A stretch of 64,000 bases of DNA from Azolla caroliniana (Eukaryota; Plantae; Polypodiophyta), in assembly GCA_043228905.1 (NCBI GenBank), contig JBHGNT010000010.1, positions 7,502,001-7,566,000 on the forward strand. Direction: 5' to 3'. The translations under genes were made by a program, and so were the position numbers. Below the pieces are notes generated by a model. It made no database searches, was not told where the DNA came from, and was given only the letters and a program-made list of their open reading frames with translations. Positions within the stretch are counted from its first letter, which is position 1; each line of letters opens with the position of its first letter. Below, in pieces: positions 1 to 13,131 of this stretch.

Positions 1-355
1 GATTGGCCCTAGGATGCAAGCTCCCTCTTCCTCTGCGCATGGAACTCGCGTCGCAGCAAGCGTTGGGTGTGTATACGTGTGTGTGCGTGTGTGCGGCCAC
101 GGTTAACAAGGTCGTGTCCCGTACCTCTTTTGAGCCCCTTGTACATACCGGCAAAAGGGGCGGAAAGAACAAGGGCATGCCCTCTCGCTACCTGTGCGGT
201 TACCGGTTGCGCCCGGAGAATATCCAGGATCGAACCGACTAGCAACGGGGCAAGCACCGGAGGATTTGAGTACCCGGCAACTCCTCCCCTCCTGGTCCAT
301 GACCCTGGTGGTCCTGCCCATATCCGACATGCAAACGCGGATAGCCACAAGAACA
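1..355 (+). mobile_element. 3' end of an LTR (truncated by window edge) inserted into Copia RT
   Basis: Ends in 'gaccctggtggtcctgccc...cgcggatagccacaagaaca', similar to the 3' ends of the LTRs at 18408 and 44401/50629. Abuts the Copia RT reading frame (LSHEKYV|). Exact end uncertain by a few bp. Confidence 0.55.
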
Positions 356-1749
356 TACTTCTCATGTGACAGCCACAACTGCGTCTTTGTCCGGTCTTGG
401 ACAATGTGCATTCCCAAGATTTGTTTTTCCGAGCACATATCCTTCATTGCAAAAGACCTGCTCAAAGCCTTTTTCAACAATCCAATTTTCCTCAGGTCTT
501 GTCTGACAATCAACATGTCATCCACGTATAACAGGAGGACGAGGAAATCTCCTCCATCATGCTTCTTCACAAACACATAATGATCGACCTGCAACTTGAG
601 GTACCCTTGGTCGACCATGAAGGATTCGAACTTCCGATATCATTGCCAAGGCGCTTGTTTCAGTTCCTACAAACTCTTCTTCAATAGGCATACCAGGTTT
701 TCTCTTCCCTTCACCACGAATCCTTCCGTTTGCTGCATATAGATTTCTTCCTCTAGGCCTTCATGCGGAAAGGTCGTCTTGACATCCAACTATTCCACTT
801 CAAGGTCCATGTTGGCCGCTATGCTTAGCACCATTCGAATGGATGTCATCTTCATTACCGGGCCAAATATTTCATCGAAATACACACCCTTCTTTTGTTG
901 AAAGCCTTTCGCTATTATTCGGACTTTGTACCTAGCTGGATTCTTGCCTTCTCCCGGTTTCAATTTGTAAACCCACTTGTTTTGGAGTGCCTTCTTTCCT
1001 TTCGGTAGCTTGGTCAGTTCATAGGTGTGGTTCACATGCAAGGAATCCATCTCGTCTTGCATGGCATGTAACCACTTTTTGTTGTGGGCATCTTTCTTAG
1101 CTTCCTCAAAGCTTTCTAGCTCCCCCTCATCGGTTAGCAATACATACTCTCTATCCGGAAATTTCTGAGGCACCCTTCTCACTCTTAGAAGGTAGCTTTG
1201 CCTCCATTTGAAACAGTCGGCTCTTGTTTGGCCTCTTCAGTCAACTCTTCATCGGAATCGGATGCTCGTTCGGCCGATTATCTACTTCCAACTGGCTCTC
1301 CTTGTGTGTCTGTCAGAAATCGTCTCTTGACCAACCCTAGTGTTCCTTAGTCAGCTTTAGACTTTGTCGACTAACTAATCAACCGACTGGTTTGTTTCCG
1401 ACTTCGGTCAAATCGATCGATGTCTGATTTGGCCAATCATCAACTCGACTCAAATTGGTAGCCGGGAAGCCTATTCTCGGTCGACTAGGAGGCTGACCCT
1501 ATCTTCTAAATCTCCAGTCGGCAATCGTCTTATCTTCCATAAAGACGATATCTTGGCTCCGAATCACCTTCTTGTCGACTAAGTCCCATAGCCGATAGCC
1601 GAACTCATCCTCACCGTACCCCAAGACAAGAATAAGCATGGTCGAGTCTTTGGATCTAGTTTTCCTCTTTGGTCCTTTGCAACATGCACGTAGGCAAGAC
1701 ATCCAAACACCCTCAGATGTCGATACAACACGTCTTTTCCAGTTCACAT
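356..1749 (-). mobile_element. Ty1/Copia element A, pol 3' part (end of integrase, RT), pseudogenised
   Basis: Minus-strand ORF fragments with Copia motifs: GYGEDEFGYRLWD, KWLHAMQDEMDSL, NKWVYKLK, IAKGFQQKKG, LLLYVDDMLI, AMKD. Stops and frameshifts present. Confidence 0.92.
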
Positions 1750-2199
1750 TGTTATTGCTAGGGCCGGACAACAACCTAACACAGGGTGTCCACTTAAGAC
1801 ACTTTACCAAATGGTGGTACGGCAGAATGATTTACGGCACAACGCTTAATTAGACCTTAATTGGTTACTTAGCAATCCGTAATTAACACGCGTAAGATAT
1901 AACAATGAATACAGAACGGTAATCAACACTGGAAGATTAAGACAATAAGCTTTATTAATTATCCGCTCCTGATTACATTGTAACCAGGCCTTTATATAGG
2001 TCTCCGGTGCGAAATACAAAACGGTGCCAACCGGCACCTTTACGGGATCGTTCCGGATCCGGATCGGCATACCGATTCCAGTCCATCTCCACATCTTCTT
2101 ATATATTAATTAAGACTATTAATTACAACAGTTCCCGAATAACTATTCCTTTCACACTCTAGTTTGGACCTCCTTAAGCCTTCTTGCCGGCCGGTAGCA
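1750..2199 (-). repeat. 3' LTR of Gypsy element 1750-11420
   Basis: Direct repeat of 10969-11420, tgttattgctaggg...ccggtagca. Confidence 0.93.
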
Positions 2200-2253
2200 C
2201 ATGGCATGCCCGTGGGACAGTACCTTGTACGTCGAACCCATTATCCTGCCCTT

Positions 2254-4668
2254 TTACGCTTCGTCCAAAATGTCTAGAATGCTTTGCTCCAAAATTTCCA
2301 ATGGCTCGTCGGGAATCTGTTGTTGCTGCTGTTGTTCCGTTTGTGGTTGTGGCTGCTGCTCCGTTTGTGGTTGTGGCTCCGTTTGTCGCTCTGGCACCAG
2401 CGTTTCCTTCGTTGGTTCCTCCGTCGGAGTTGTCTGTGGCTGACTGACCCCGGCCTGTTCCCCCTCCGATCCTTGCACCGGCGACGGTTCCTCATCACTA
2501 AGGTTGACCGTTGTCACCTTTCGCACTTTTTCTTCTTGGAGCCGGGACTGCTCATAGCTTTCGAACTGGATTTGAGCCTCCAACCGATCGTCGTCCAGTT
2601 GAGCTACGAGCTGCCGGACCTGCACCAATTGTTCATCCACCAAGGCTGTGAAATCTTCCGCCATCTCATCCCTTATGGCGGTGAAGTCCTCGGAGGTCAA
2701 CGTATAACAGTCGTCTCCCTCCTTTCGCCGGTTTTCCACGTCTACCCTAAGCAATTGGAGTTCCGCCGTATTCTGCGCCCATTTCGCCCACCAACGCACT
2801 GAGCTGTCATCAATCAAGCTTTTGGTCTTAGTGAGCCATGACCGGACGATGCACTGGATCCGTTCAGCTCCCATCTGTGATTTATTTTCTGCGGCTTGTC
2901 GCTCTTCCTTCAATTGCTTGATGATCTGAACCGTGTCCGCCTCCTGCTCCCTATAATGCGACAATTGATTTTGATAGGTTGTTTGCAACCTCTGTAATAC
3001 CATTGTCGCTCTTTCCTTGTCTTCATGGTTCTATTTGTGGAGCTCCATCCAGTCATTCGCTGCTTCCTCCAATAGCCTGGAACTTTCCGCTCGTTCTTCG
3101 GCGAGTGCCGTTGTGGCCCTATCAACTTCTTGTCGGAGCTCAGCCATCCATTCCTGTTGTTGCTTATGCTCTGTCTCCAGCTGCTTGTAGTCCCGATGTA
3201 GATGATCGAAATCATCGGTCTTCTGCTTCAGCCTTTGGTTGATCTGCCGCCGCGCGCGGTCCTCCCAGCCCTTCTGTTGCCGGAGCTCTTCCTTCCGCCT
3301 CTCAATTTCCGTTTCCGCCATCCGTCGCAGCTTGTCTTTTTCCTGCAGCAATTTCTCTTTTTCCTCCTTCAGCCGATCATAAGCATGATGTCCTTTACGC
3401 AGGTTTTCCTCTGCCCGGCGAAGGTTCTCAGTAGTCTTTTTTAATTCTCCTTCGGCCGCCTTCTTCAAGTTGCATTCGCGGCTCCGTAATACGTCTTGTG
3501 CGGCGAGCTCATCTCGTAATTCCGCAAGCTCTTGGGCTTGTGTCACATCTTTCTCTGGGACAGTTTGTGTCTCCGAGGTCTTATTCCTTTGTACATTCAC
3601 CGTAGTCACCGGTGCTTGGATCTACGTTGCGATTAAGGCCATTTTGGCCATATCTCCTGTGATCCGATCCAAGTCTTGTTCGAGGCACCGGACCCTTGAT
3701 CGGGCCGTCTCCAGTTCATCGGTTTTGACGAGCAACCGTTCCGTTTGCGCTCTTTCCTCCACCTCTATGCATCCGACTACTCCAGCAATTTGGTCTCCTA
3801 TCCACCGGAGCCATTAGCTGCGGGTGCACTGTTCTTGCGCTTGCACGGAGAGTTGGCTGATGGGTTCACTCACCGGTGGCTGGTCCCGCCTTACTGCATC
3901 GAGCTGCGCTTCTGGTTCTACCAGCTGACCACTTTGCCGTTCCGGCTCTAAGTGTGTTTCGGCTAGTCGCCCCTTGTCTGCTTGTTCTTGGCCGGCTGGG
4001 AAGGTTGGCCTTTGTATATTCGGCTCTTGAGTTACGGGGCTTGCCGATGCTGCCTGTTGTGCAGGGACTTCTGGTACCTCCCTTGGCGTGGGATGCTCAG
4101 CGTGAGTTGCGGGCGTTCCATCCTTCTGTGGATCCGAACGCTTCCCGGTGGTGCCAACAGGGTGAGCCATTGTGTCACCGCATGCCATATTTTCCAGCCT
4201 TCCTTGCCGTCCTTTCCTCTTACTATATCAATCGTCGTACACAGCCCGTCGGCGATCAGCACCGACCAGTCTACCTTAACCCCTTCGTACATTGCGATGA
4301 TCAAGCATGCTCGGTTCTGAGGCATGAAGGGGGGTTGAGGGTACACGTGGCCGAACTCATGGAGCACTCGGGCAATTTCGCGGAATAGCATATCTTCGCT
4401 GCCATGTGTCCTGTAGCCCTTGCTGGCTAGAGAGTACTCACCGAAGTATTTGATGAGTTGCTAGGAGGTAGGATTGTCGATCGTGTAGATGCCTCCCTCC
4501 GAAAGGCCTATTAACACACGGATCGCCTTCTCCGACCTCTGTGTCGATTTCTTTTATAATCTTTTCGGCCTCCTTGTGTGGCGCCACCTCCATGATCATT
4601 AAGAAACCCTCCAGACCATGCTGTCGTAACCATTTCTTGGCGGCTTCAGACAGCGTTTGGCAGTCCAT
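2254..4668 (-). pseudogene. Additional 3' ORF of the Gypsy element (N-terminal globular part plus long coiled-coil, Q/E/P-rich tail), now fragmented
   Basis: Consecutive minus-strand ORFs 4438-4668, 4032-4391, 3814-4188, 3031-3609 and 2254-3003 between integrase and 3' LTR. E/K/Q/R-rich heptad-like sequence; VDWSVLIADGL motif. Confidence 0.7.
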
Positions 4669-5082
4669 CTCTGCGTCGAGGTCGGAGAGCGTTGGCGAGG
4701 TTTGATGGTGGGGAGACTATGAGAGAGAAAGTTCTGAGGGAGGGGGTTCTCTGTGTGCGAGCTCTCTACGATTGATCTTCACGCGTCGCTCTGCGTCTGT
4801 TCTCCTTGGTTCGCGATAGGAGAAGGTCTCGATGCGTGGGGGTTTTTCTCTCTACATCTTGGCGTCTTTTTCGAGCCTCCGCATGTGCAGGTCGTGTACT
4901 ATAATAGCATTGCGTGCCATGTGGCGGTGGTTTAATGTCCTATTCATAGCTCCTCATACCTTTTCGACGTGCCTCTTTACTCCCCACCCCGTGTGCATGG
5001 CCGTTTCCACCACTCCTTTCCATGATTTATTTGATTCGCTCCTTTATTCTTCTTGTTTTTTCTTTTTTTTTTACTTGTGTGG

Positions 5083-8000
5083 TTAATTTTTCTCCGGTTC
5101 TGTTCGACCTTTACCCGAAACGTGCAACTTGCCGGCCTCTTGACGGTTTGCCGTCGTTTTGCTCTCCTCAGTTGCCGGCTCATGCTCCTCCTTACTGGCT
5201 TGGTGGTAGCCATCGTCTTCACTGGTTGCCCTTATGGTTGGCCTGCCGGCGTCTGATTCGGTGGCGGCCCTTCGTTGAAATGGGTTTTTAGGCATACGTC
5301 CTTTGTATAGTTTTAGTCTAAATCCGTTGACCCATTTTCCCAGCACTTCTCTGGCAAGTGTCCCCAACTGGTAGGACCCATTGAACTCGCGTGTGATCCA
5401 GTACGGTTCGGTCCATCTAAACCGTAGTTTACCTGGCATTTTGCCCATCCGGGTCTAGAACACGAGTACCGGCTTGCCGGTTCCGAACATCTTTTCGTTT
5501 CCCTTATGGTGTTGATCTACAAATGTTTTCCGTCTCCATTGTTCCAATTCCAGGTGCATAATGCTCGCCAGTCGGTGTTCTTCCAATTCACATAGAGCCT
5601 TTAACCGAATTGCCTCCGATTCCTTTTCGTTCAATCATTCCCGAATCTGAATCCGTAAGCTTGGTACCTGGAACTCGACTGTCAGGACTGCCTCTAATCC
5701 GAATGCTAACCGGAACGGTGTTGTTCGGATGCTTGTTTTGTACGTTGTCCGGTAAGCCCAGAGCGCACTGTGCAGCTTCGTGTCCCAATCTGTCCGATTT
5801 TCATTGACGATCTTCCGAAGGATATTCTGGAGCATTTTGTTCGTCGACTCAGCTAACCCATTTGCTTGTAGATAGTACAATGTGCTTCGTTTATGTACTA
5901 CCGCATAGAACGTCGTCAAACTTTCTACCACCTGTCCAAGAAAGTGCCCTCCTTGGTCGCTTATTAGCTCTATGGGGCATCCGTACCGGCACCAAATGCA
6001 TTCGTATAAGAATTTTGCCGTTGACGCCGCGGTGTTGTCTCGTAGGGCTTTCGCTTCCACCCACTTAGTGCAGTAATCCGTCGCGACGATCACTTACCAT
6101 TGCCGATTCTCATTGCCGATGGTTTAAATGGCCCGACAAAATCCAGCCCCCATTTTTGGAATGGTTCTAGTGGTAGGACTGGCTGGTGTGGCATCCGAGC
6201 TTGTTCCGTTGGCTGACCCATTCGTTGGCATATATCACACTCCTTCGCATACCAGACTGCATCTTTCAATGTGGTCAGCCACCATAGGCCACTTTGCCAT
6301 ACTTTCCTTGTTGTCGCATCTCCGGCATAATGACCTCTGGTGACTCCGCAGTGTGCCTCCCGTAGTATTACCTCCTTCTTGTCGGTGTGCACCGCTTGTC
6401 GCCAGATACCGTCCGCACCTTTGTGGTATAGCGTGTCCTGTAATAAACAGAAGTGTCGGCTCTGTACCGCCAGGCGTTTTCTCTCGTCCCGGTTCATCTC
6501 CTCCGGAGGCAATCCGGTACTCAGAAATTGGTGCATATTAGTTAGCCACTTATCTTCTTGTGCCACTGTTTCATCTGTTGTTGTTTCCGTGGTGACTCGA
6601 AAAAGCTCTGCATCCGGAAACTCGTCTGGTACTCCGTCACCTGTCTCCCCCGAATCTAACCGGCTTAGATAATCTACTACCGCATGCTGTATGTCGGGTC
6701 AGTGGAATATCTCGAATTCGAACTCTTGTAACAACAAAGTCCACCGGGCCAACTTACCGGTAAGTGACGCTTTGGATACTAGGTAGAGGAGTACCGAATG
6801 ATCCACATGGAAGGAGAACTTTCTTCCCAGTAAATAAGGCCTGAATTTTGTTACACTGTAGATCATTCCTAAAGCTTCCCTTTCCGTGGTAGAATAATTT
6901 CGTTCCGCTTGGGATAGCTTCTGGCTGGCATAGTACACTGGCCGGTACCACCTTGGCTCGGTAAGCTGCATGAGAGCGCTGCCGATTGCGATATCGTTGG
7001 CGTCCACGAACACATAAAACTCTTTACTCCAATCCGGAGGATGCACTACCGGTGCTTGTGACAATAACACCTTTAGTGCCCGGTACGCCTTGTCTTTGAT
7101 GTCGGTCCATTGGAACGGTGTTCAATGTACTGTCGCATGCAGAGGTGTAGCCAGGTCAGCCAAATATTAGAGCATACGGCTATGCCAGCGGATTTGTCCT
7201 AGGAAACGGCTCAATGCCTTTGCCGGTGCCGGTGCCGGTGCTTCTAGGATTGCTTTCACTTTGTCTCGATCTACGGCAATGCCTTCCTTGCTCACTATAT
7301 GCCCTAGTAGCGTTCCGCTGGACACTCTAAATACACAGTTCGCCGGATTCAGGCTTAGCCGGTACACCCTACACTTCTCTAGACATAGTCCGAGATGCTG
7401 CAAATGTTCTTCTTCTCTGTTATAGACGGCGAAGTCGTCAAGGAACACCTGCATAAAAGCCGGTATGTATTCGCCAAAGATCTCCATGATGATCCGTTGG
7501 AATGTTGTTGGTGCCGTTTTCAGCCCGAACATCATCACCACTGCAACAAACACTCCCCATTCGGTGACGAAAACCATTTTCTCTTGATCCTCAGGGTGCA
7601 TCCGGATCTAATTATACCCGTTGAATCCGTCTAAGAAACTGTAGACTTCATGGCCGGCGACGGCATCCAAAACTCCATCCGTAAACGGAAGTGGAAATGC
7701 ATCCGTTACCGTTGCCGCATTGAGCTTCCGGTAGTCGACACAAACTCTAATTTTGCCGTTCTTTTTCGGTACGACTACGATCGGGCTCAGCCATGTAGAT
7801 TTCTTTATGGGACGGATGAAGCCAACCCTCAGCAATTTGTCGATCTCCTCCTTGACTTTGGCGGCGTAGTTTGGGTTCATCCAGTACCGAACCTGTGCTA
7901 CCGGCTTGGCGTCTTTGCTCAGATATATCTGGTGCTGATACAACTGAGGATCCAGGCCTCTCATATCCTCGTAAGACCAGGCAAATACGTCGCGAAACTC

Positions 8001-10913
8001 ATTGAGTGTAATTATCGCCGTTTTGTTCTCTGCATTCATTTCTTTGGCGATGTGCACCGGTTTTGCCTCCTCCATCGTTCCTAGATTTACCTCTTCTAAT
8101 TGGGACGCTTTTACGCGTTAGGATACGGCCATTTCCCTTTCCAACGCCTCATGTGCATGCCGTAACTCCCGGATTGCTTCTTTATCCGGTTCCGCTTCGG
8201 TTCCGTCCGGGTGTAGTAAGTAGGGTGATACCGCTTCGGCGACGTCAATTTCGAATAGGGGTACAATCTTTGGGTTCTCCAGCAAGTACTGCTCTTCTTC
8301 TTCGTCTGCTAATCCTTCCAGCATATTGACACACTCCGCATATAACGGTGTCAGATCCTTGCCGGTGCCCTTCCTTGGTTGTGTTGGTACCCGTATCTTC
8401 GCTTTTCCCCGCCGAAACATAATCATATTCCTCCTCTAGTTCTGCTTGATATGTGCCGTCTTTAACCAAGGGCGTCCCAACAATAATGGGTACGCTCCTT
8501 GAGCCTGCAACTGGAGAACTACGGCTGAGATTCAGAATGTGTGGCCCCCGATGGTTACTTCCAAGTTCCTTATTAATCCTGTCGGTCACACCGAGCTTGT
8601 GTCCGCCATTCGGAGCCAGAACGGACATGGCTCCCACTCTTGGATTCCAAGAGCATCGCACGTCCGAAGGCTGATTACATTAACGCCGGAGCCTTCGTCT
8701 ATTATCGTGTCGAGGAGTTCTTTCCCTTTCACAATGGCCGTAATTGTCGGACTGTTGGTGTCCACCACAGTCGGTCCTTCCTCCGGATTTGAGAAGAATG
8801 CCGGAGCCGGTGGTGTGCCGCCTGTCGTCATGCCGGGCTTGAGTCCTTCTGTGAATCTTGGTACTAGTTGCAAGAGTCGTCCTAACGCCAACGTGATCTG
8901 GCATTCCTGCAATGCCTGCCATGTCGCGTTTTCGGACTGACTGCCGCCAGCGAGCTCCTCTGTGTTCTCCTTTTGCTGCGTGAGTTCTGTTACGTTTCGC
9001 TCGTTTGCCTTTTTCACCCATTCCGTCGCCTGTTTCCGGATGGCCTCTTGTGTCTCCCATTCCATCGTCTTGCCCTGTGACCTTATGGTGATCTGCTGGA
9101 GGTCTGCGACTTTGGCGACTACCATGTTTACTGCCGGTCGCTTATCATAGCTCTTTGCCGGACATTGATTACTATAATGTCCTTCTTGCCGGCAGTAATA
9201 GCAATATGCTTTCCGGGTGTTGCTGGATTCGACATTGTTTTTTGTACCCGATGGAGGACTTGTGGTAACCGTGGGGCTCTGGTCCGGTTGGTTGCTTGAG
9301 GCGCTTTTTTCCGGTTCACATGGGTGGCTCCCATTTTTGAAATGCCGTTTTTTATTAAAGTTCTTTTTGTTGCGGTACCCTTGCCGGGGTTGGTCGTCAT
9401 ACCTCCCGTAATCTTCCCGTCATTGGTGATACCCGGGGGAGTGATCCCGGTTGTGATGCTCGTACCGTCCATTGTAATCTCGGTACTTGTCATATCTCTT
9501 GTACCGGTCATAGTTGTCTCGCCGATTGTCGTACCGGACATCTTGTGCCGGTCAATATCGCTCCTCTCGTCGCCAGCGTTCGTCTTGTTCGTCTCGGCTT
9601 CTATGTGGCTCGATTTGCCGAACTAGTGGGGCTTGCCGATTCAATAAGTTATATTTGCACCGGTCCATCGTGTGGCTCATAGATTGGCAAAGTAAGCAGT
9701 GCGTCCGCATGGTGCACTCCAGTGACGAGTATCCAGAATTCAAGCAGGTCGTGCATTGGATTACTTGCCGGAAACAGAGATCCTCATCGGTTGGTAATGC
9801 TCGTTGGAGGGCTCCCATTGTTAGCCAAGAGCTCGTTTTCTCCATTTCTCTAACCCAGTCGATGACCTGGTCGACGGTGCTTGTGCGAAAGTCGATGACT
9901 GTGCATACCGTTCGTAGAGGTTCCCGGAGCGCAGCTAAAAATATAGCCCGCGTTTCTTCCTCCGGAGGTGCGCGGGTAAGCTGACTGTGCATCCGTTGAA
10001 ACCGGATGACAAACTGTGGGATGCTCTCCCCGGGGTCCTGCCAAATTGTATAAAATAAGCCCACCATTTCTCGCTGATCCACCTCCTTCTAGAAGAAGTG
10101 CAAGAACTTGTCTTTTAGGTTCGCAAAGGTGGTGATGGTGCTGCAATCCTGCGTCCGGTGACATCTGGCGGCCGGTCCTTCTAATGTCACGCCGAATTCA
10201 GCTATCTTAGATCGTTCCTCTTCTGCTGTGGTTAACCGTTGTGACACATGGTTCGCTTCCCATGTTTGTTCAAACGCGTGAACATGAGCCTCCGCGTCTG
10301 GGTCATCCCAATACTTGGAGTATTGGAACGACATGTCGTTGTCCGGTGTCGGTACGCGGGCTGGCGGTGTCGATGGTCTTTCCTGCTATTCTGTCGGCGT
10401 CTGAGGTCTTTGCCAGTCTTCCTTTGGTGTTGCCGGCTCGACTTCCGGTGTTGGAGGTTTTTGCCGGTGCACTTTCATCTCCGGAGGTTGCTCCACGACG
10501 AGTGCCAGAGGTTCCCGGTCTGCCAACTCTGGTTCCGGTGTTGGTAAGGTATCTGACTCCTCATCCTCTGGTCCTCCTGGGGTGTTGTTACTGCTGCGAT
10601 AGTTCGTATGCGCGTTGTAACCCCCATTCGAATCCAATTCTAGCGCTGAAAATGCTTCGGATTCGCCGTCTCTTCCGGCCAAGGCCTGGAGAAGGGTTTC
10701 CGCTTCCCGGAGGCTGCCTAAGCTGCTTCCTTCGTCCGGGTAGGCGTTTTGTTGCAGACGGAGCGACTCCTCCGCCACTTTCCGGATCACTTTGGAAAAT
10801 GATCGATCCGTTCGGATTTCTTCCACTGCTTGCTGGAAAGCCTCTCGTCGCCGTCTCCGTTCAGCAAGTCTTCGTGCTCTCTCCGTAACCGGGTCGTCTG
10901 TTGGCCTAGTCAT
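5083..10913 (-). pseudogene. Gypsy gag-pol polyprotein (gag, CCHC knuckle, protease, RT, RNase H, integrase), interrupted by stops and frameshifts
   Basis: CYYCRQEGHYSNQCP knuckle (~9160-9210), IIDEGSGVNVI protease, WLSPIVVVPKK/VCVDYRKLN, MFGLKTAP, VFLDDF, FVDANDIAIG/RNYSTTEREAL, HCG..H..C..C, WGLDFVGP, LISDQG. Confidence 0.93.
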
Positions 10914-10968
10914 CCATTCCTACCGTTGTTCACTGCGATTATGCAAGAATCGTGGTTGCCAAAAATTG

Positions 10969-11420
10969 TGTTATTGCTAGGGCCGGACAACAGCCTAACA
11001 CAAGGTGTCCACTTAAGACACTTTGCCAAAGGGTGGTATGGCAGAATGATTTACGGCACAACGCTTAATTAGACCTTAATTGGTTACTTAGCAATCCGTA
11101 ATTAACACGCGTAAGATATAACAATGAATACAGAACGGTAATCAACATTGGAAGATTAAGACAATAAGCTTTATTAATTATCCGCTCCTGATTACATTGT
11201 AACCAGGCCTTTATATAGGTCTCCAGTGCGAAATACAAAACGGTGCCAACCGGCACCTTTACGGGATCGTTCCGGATCCGGATCGGCATACCGATTCCGG
11301 TCCGTCCGTCCACATCTTCTTATATATTAATTAAGACTACTATTTACAACAGTTCCCAAATAACTATTCCTTTCACACTCTGGTTTGGACCTCCTTAAGC
11401 CTTCTTGTCGGCCGGTAACA
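10969..11420 (-). repeat. 5' LTR of Gypsy element 1750-11420
   Basis: Direct repeat of 1750-2199. Minus-strand TATATAAA (~11210-11217) followed by AATAAA (~11171-11176). Confidence 0.93.
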
Positions 11421-13131
11421 CACACTCTTTGTGGAACATCTCCGTCCAAGGGTACTAAGAGTGATATGTTTATCACATAAACATATGTCATCAACGCCGC
11501 AACCCATAAGGTTTTCGGTAACTTTGTGTGAGCAAGCATACTTCTGACTCTCTCCATAATGGTCTGGTTCATCCTCTCAACCAGGCCATTCAACTCTGGT
11601 GTCTTCGGCACAATGTATTCAAGTCAGATAACCTTCGACCAACAATACTCCTCGAACTGCCCTCAGTATTCACCGCCATTGTCTGTCCGGACCGCTTTCA
11701 GCTTCTGTCTGGTTTCTCTCTCCGTTCTCACATGGAAATCCTTGAAGTCCGACAATACCTGATCCTTGGCCTTCAGCATGGAAAGCCACAACTTCTAGTT
11801 ATACCAGCGTGTGACTTTTATCCACATAGCATAAATCTGTATGCAGGAGTTCCAATGTCATTTTCTTCCTAATTGGTGGCCTTAGACGAAAGGAATCCCT
11901 ATTCTACTTGACATCGACCAAGCAATCGGTGCATTTGTCAAGATGCACGTTCTTTATCTCCGAAAGGAGATTCTCTTCGGCAAGCTTCTGCATCCCCTTC
12001 TCACTCATGTGGCACAACCTCTTATGCCATAGCCCATCGGTTGTGTCTGTTGCCACGTTCACTTTGTCCATGCACAGCCGAGCATGCATCAAGTACAATG
12101 TGTTCATCTTCCAGGCACGAGCCACTATCAGGTTTCCCTTGCAAAATTTCAATGTGTTGTTCCGGAAGCTACCACTGTAGCATTCGTCATCCAACCGACT
12201 GGTTGACATCAAATTTACTTTGACTTCTGAAACGCGGCACACATCTCTTAAGACCATTCTACATCCAGTTGATGTGAGCAAACACACATCTCCAATTCCA
12301 ACAATTCGGTGTGCTTCATTCCCCATCTTCACGTATTTGTGATCGTCGATTGTGTATGATGAGAAGATCCTTGGTCGGGGGTCAGGTGAAATGATGCACC
12401 GGAATCGACCATCCATGTCGATTCATTGCCGACAAGATTTAGCTTCTTCTGCTCACTAATGAGCAACAACACCTCACTTGTCGTGATTGCTAATGTGCCC
12501 TTTCTATCTGGATTCTTCTTTGGTTCAACACCATCAACTCCCCCTTTGTTTTTCTGAAAGTGCCGGCAATTCTTCTGGAAGTGCCCTAGCTTCCCATAAT
12601 AGAAGCACGTGGGCCTTCCTCTTGACTTCGACCTCACTCCAGACTTGTCCCAGTTCTGGGGACTTCCTTGCTGACCTCTCCCTTTGTTCGAGTCATCCTC
12701 TATGCCTTCAGGTCGGAAATGGACTCTCTGTCCTTCCGGCGAGCTTCCTCATTTAATAAGATTGACTTCACCTTCTCCAGGGATAGATGCTTCCCTTCCA
12801 GCCCGATGTTGCCCAATGTCACAACGAGCGTCTCCCAATTGTCCTAATGGGATCTTAGCATTAGCAATGTTAATACCTTGTCAACAAGAGGTACTTCTAG
12901 AGAGGTGGTTTGGTTGATCAGGCCTTGGAAGGCATTCAGGTGCTCTGTCATGCTTGAGCCATCATGGTACCTCAGTCTGAGGATCTTTCAAAAGACAGAA
13001 ACTCTGTTAACGGCGTTTTTGTTTTCGAACATAACATCGATCTTCTTCCATAGGACATTTTCCTTTGTCTCTTCATTGAAATTGTTATATAGACGCATGT
13101 CTATAAAACATCTTATGTAGGTTGTCAACAT
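11421..13131 (-). mobile_element. Ty1/Copia element A, 5' part (gag, zinc knuckle, protease, GAG-pre-integrase, integrase)
   Basis: PELNGLVERMNQTIMERVRSML, LWHKRLCHMSEKG, WMVDSGASFH, CFYYGKLGHFQKNC. Gag TYIRCFIDM resembles the element at 63370-64000. Confidence 0.92.

Larger units (their letters stand above)
1750..11420 (-). mobile_element. Full-length non-chromoviral Ty3/Gypsy (Athila/Tat-like) LTR retrotransposon nested in the Copia A integrase
   Basis: Near-identical ~450-bp LTRs at 1750-2199 and 10969-11420 (TG...CA). TSD cacat/cacac. Copia integrase reads DVPQRV|..TGKDV across the insertion. Internal order gag-PR-RT-RH-INT, no chromodomain, extra 3' ORF. Confidence 0.95.

Noticed and set aside
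1846-2094. 82-aa ORF duplicated at 11065-11313
   Set aside because: It lies wholly in the LTRs, so the duplication reflects LTR identity; no recognisable domain.
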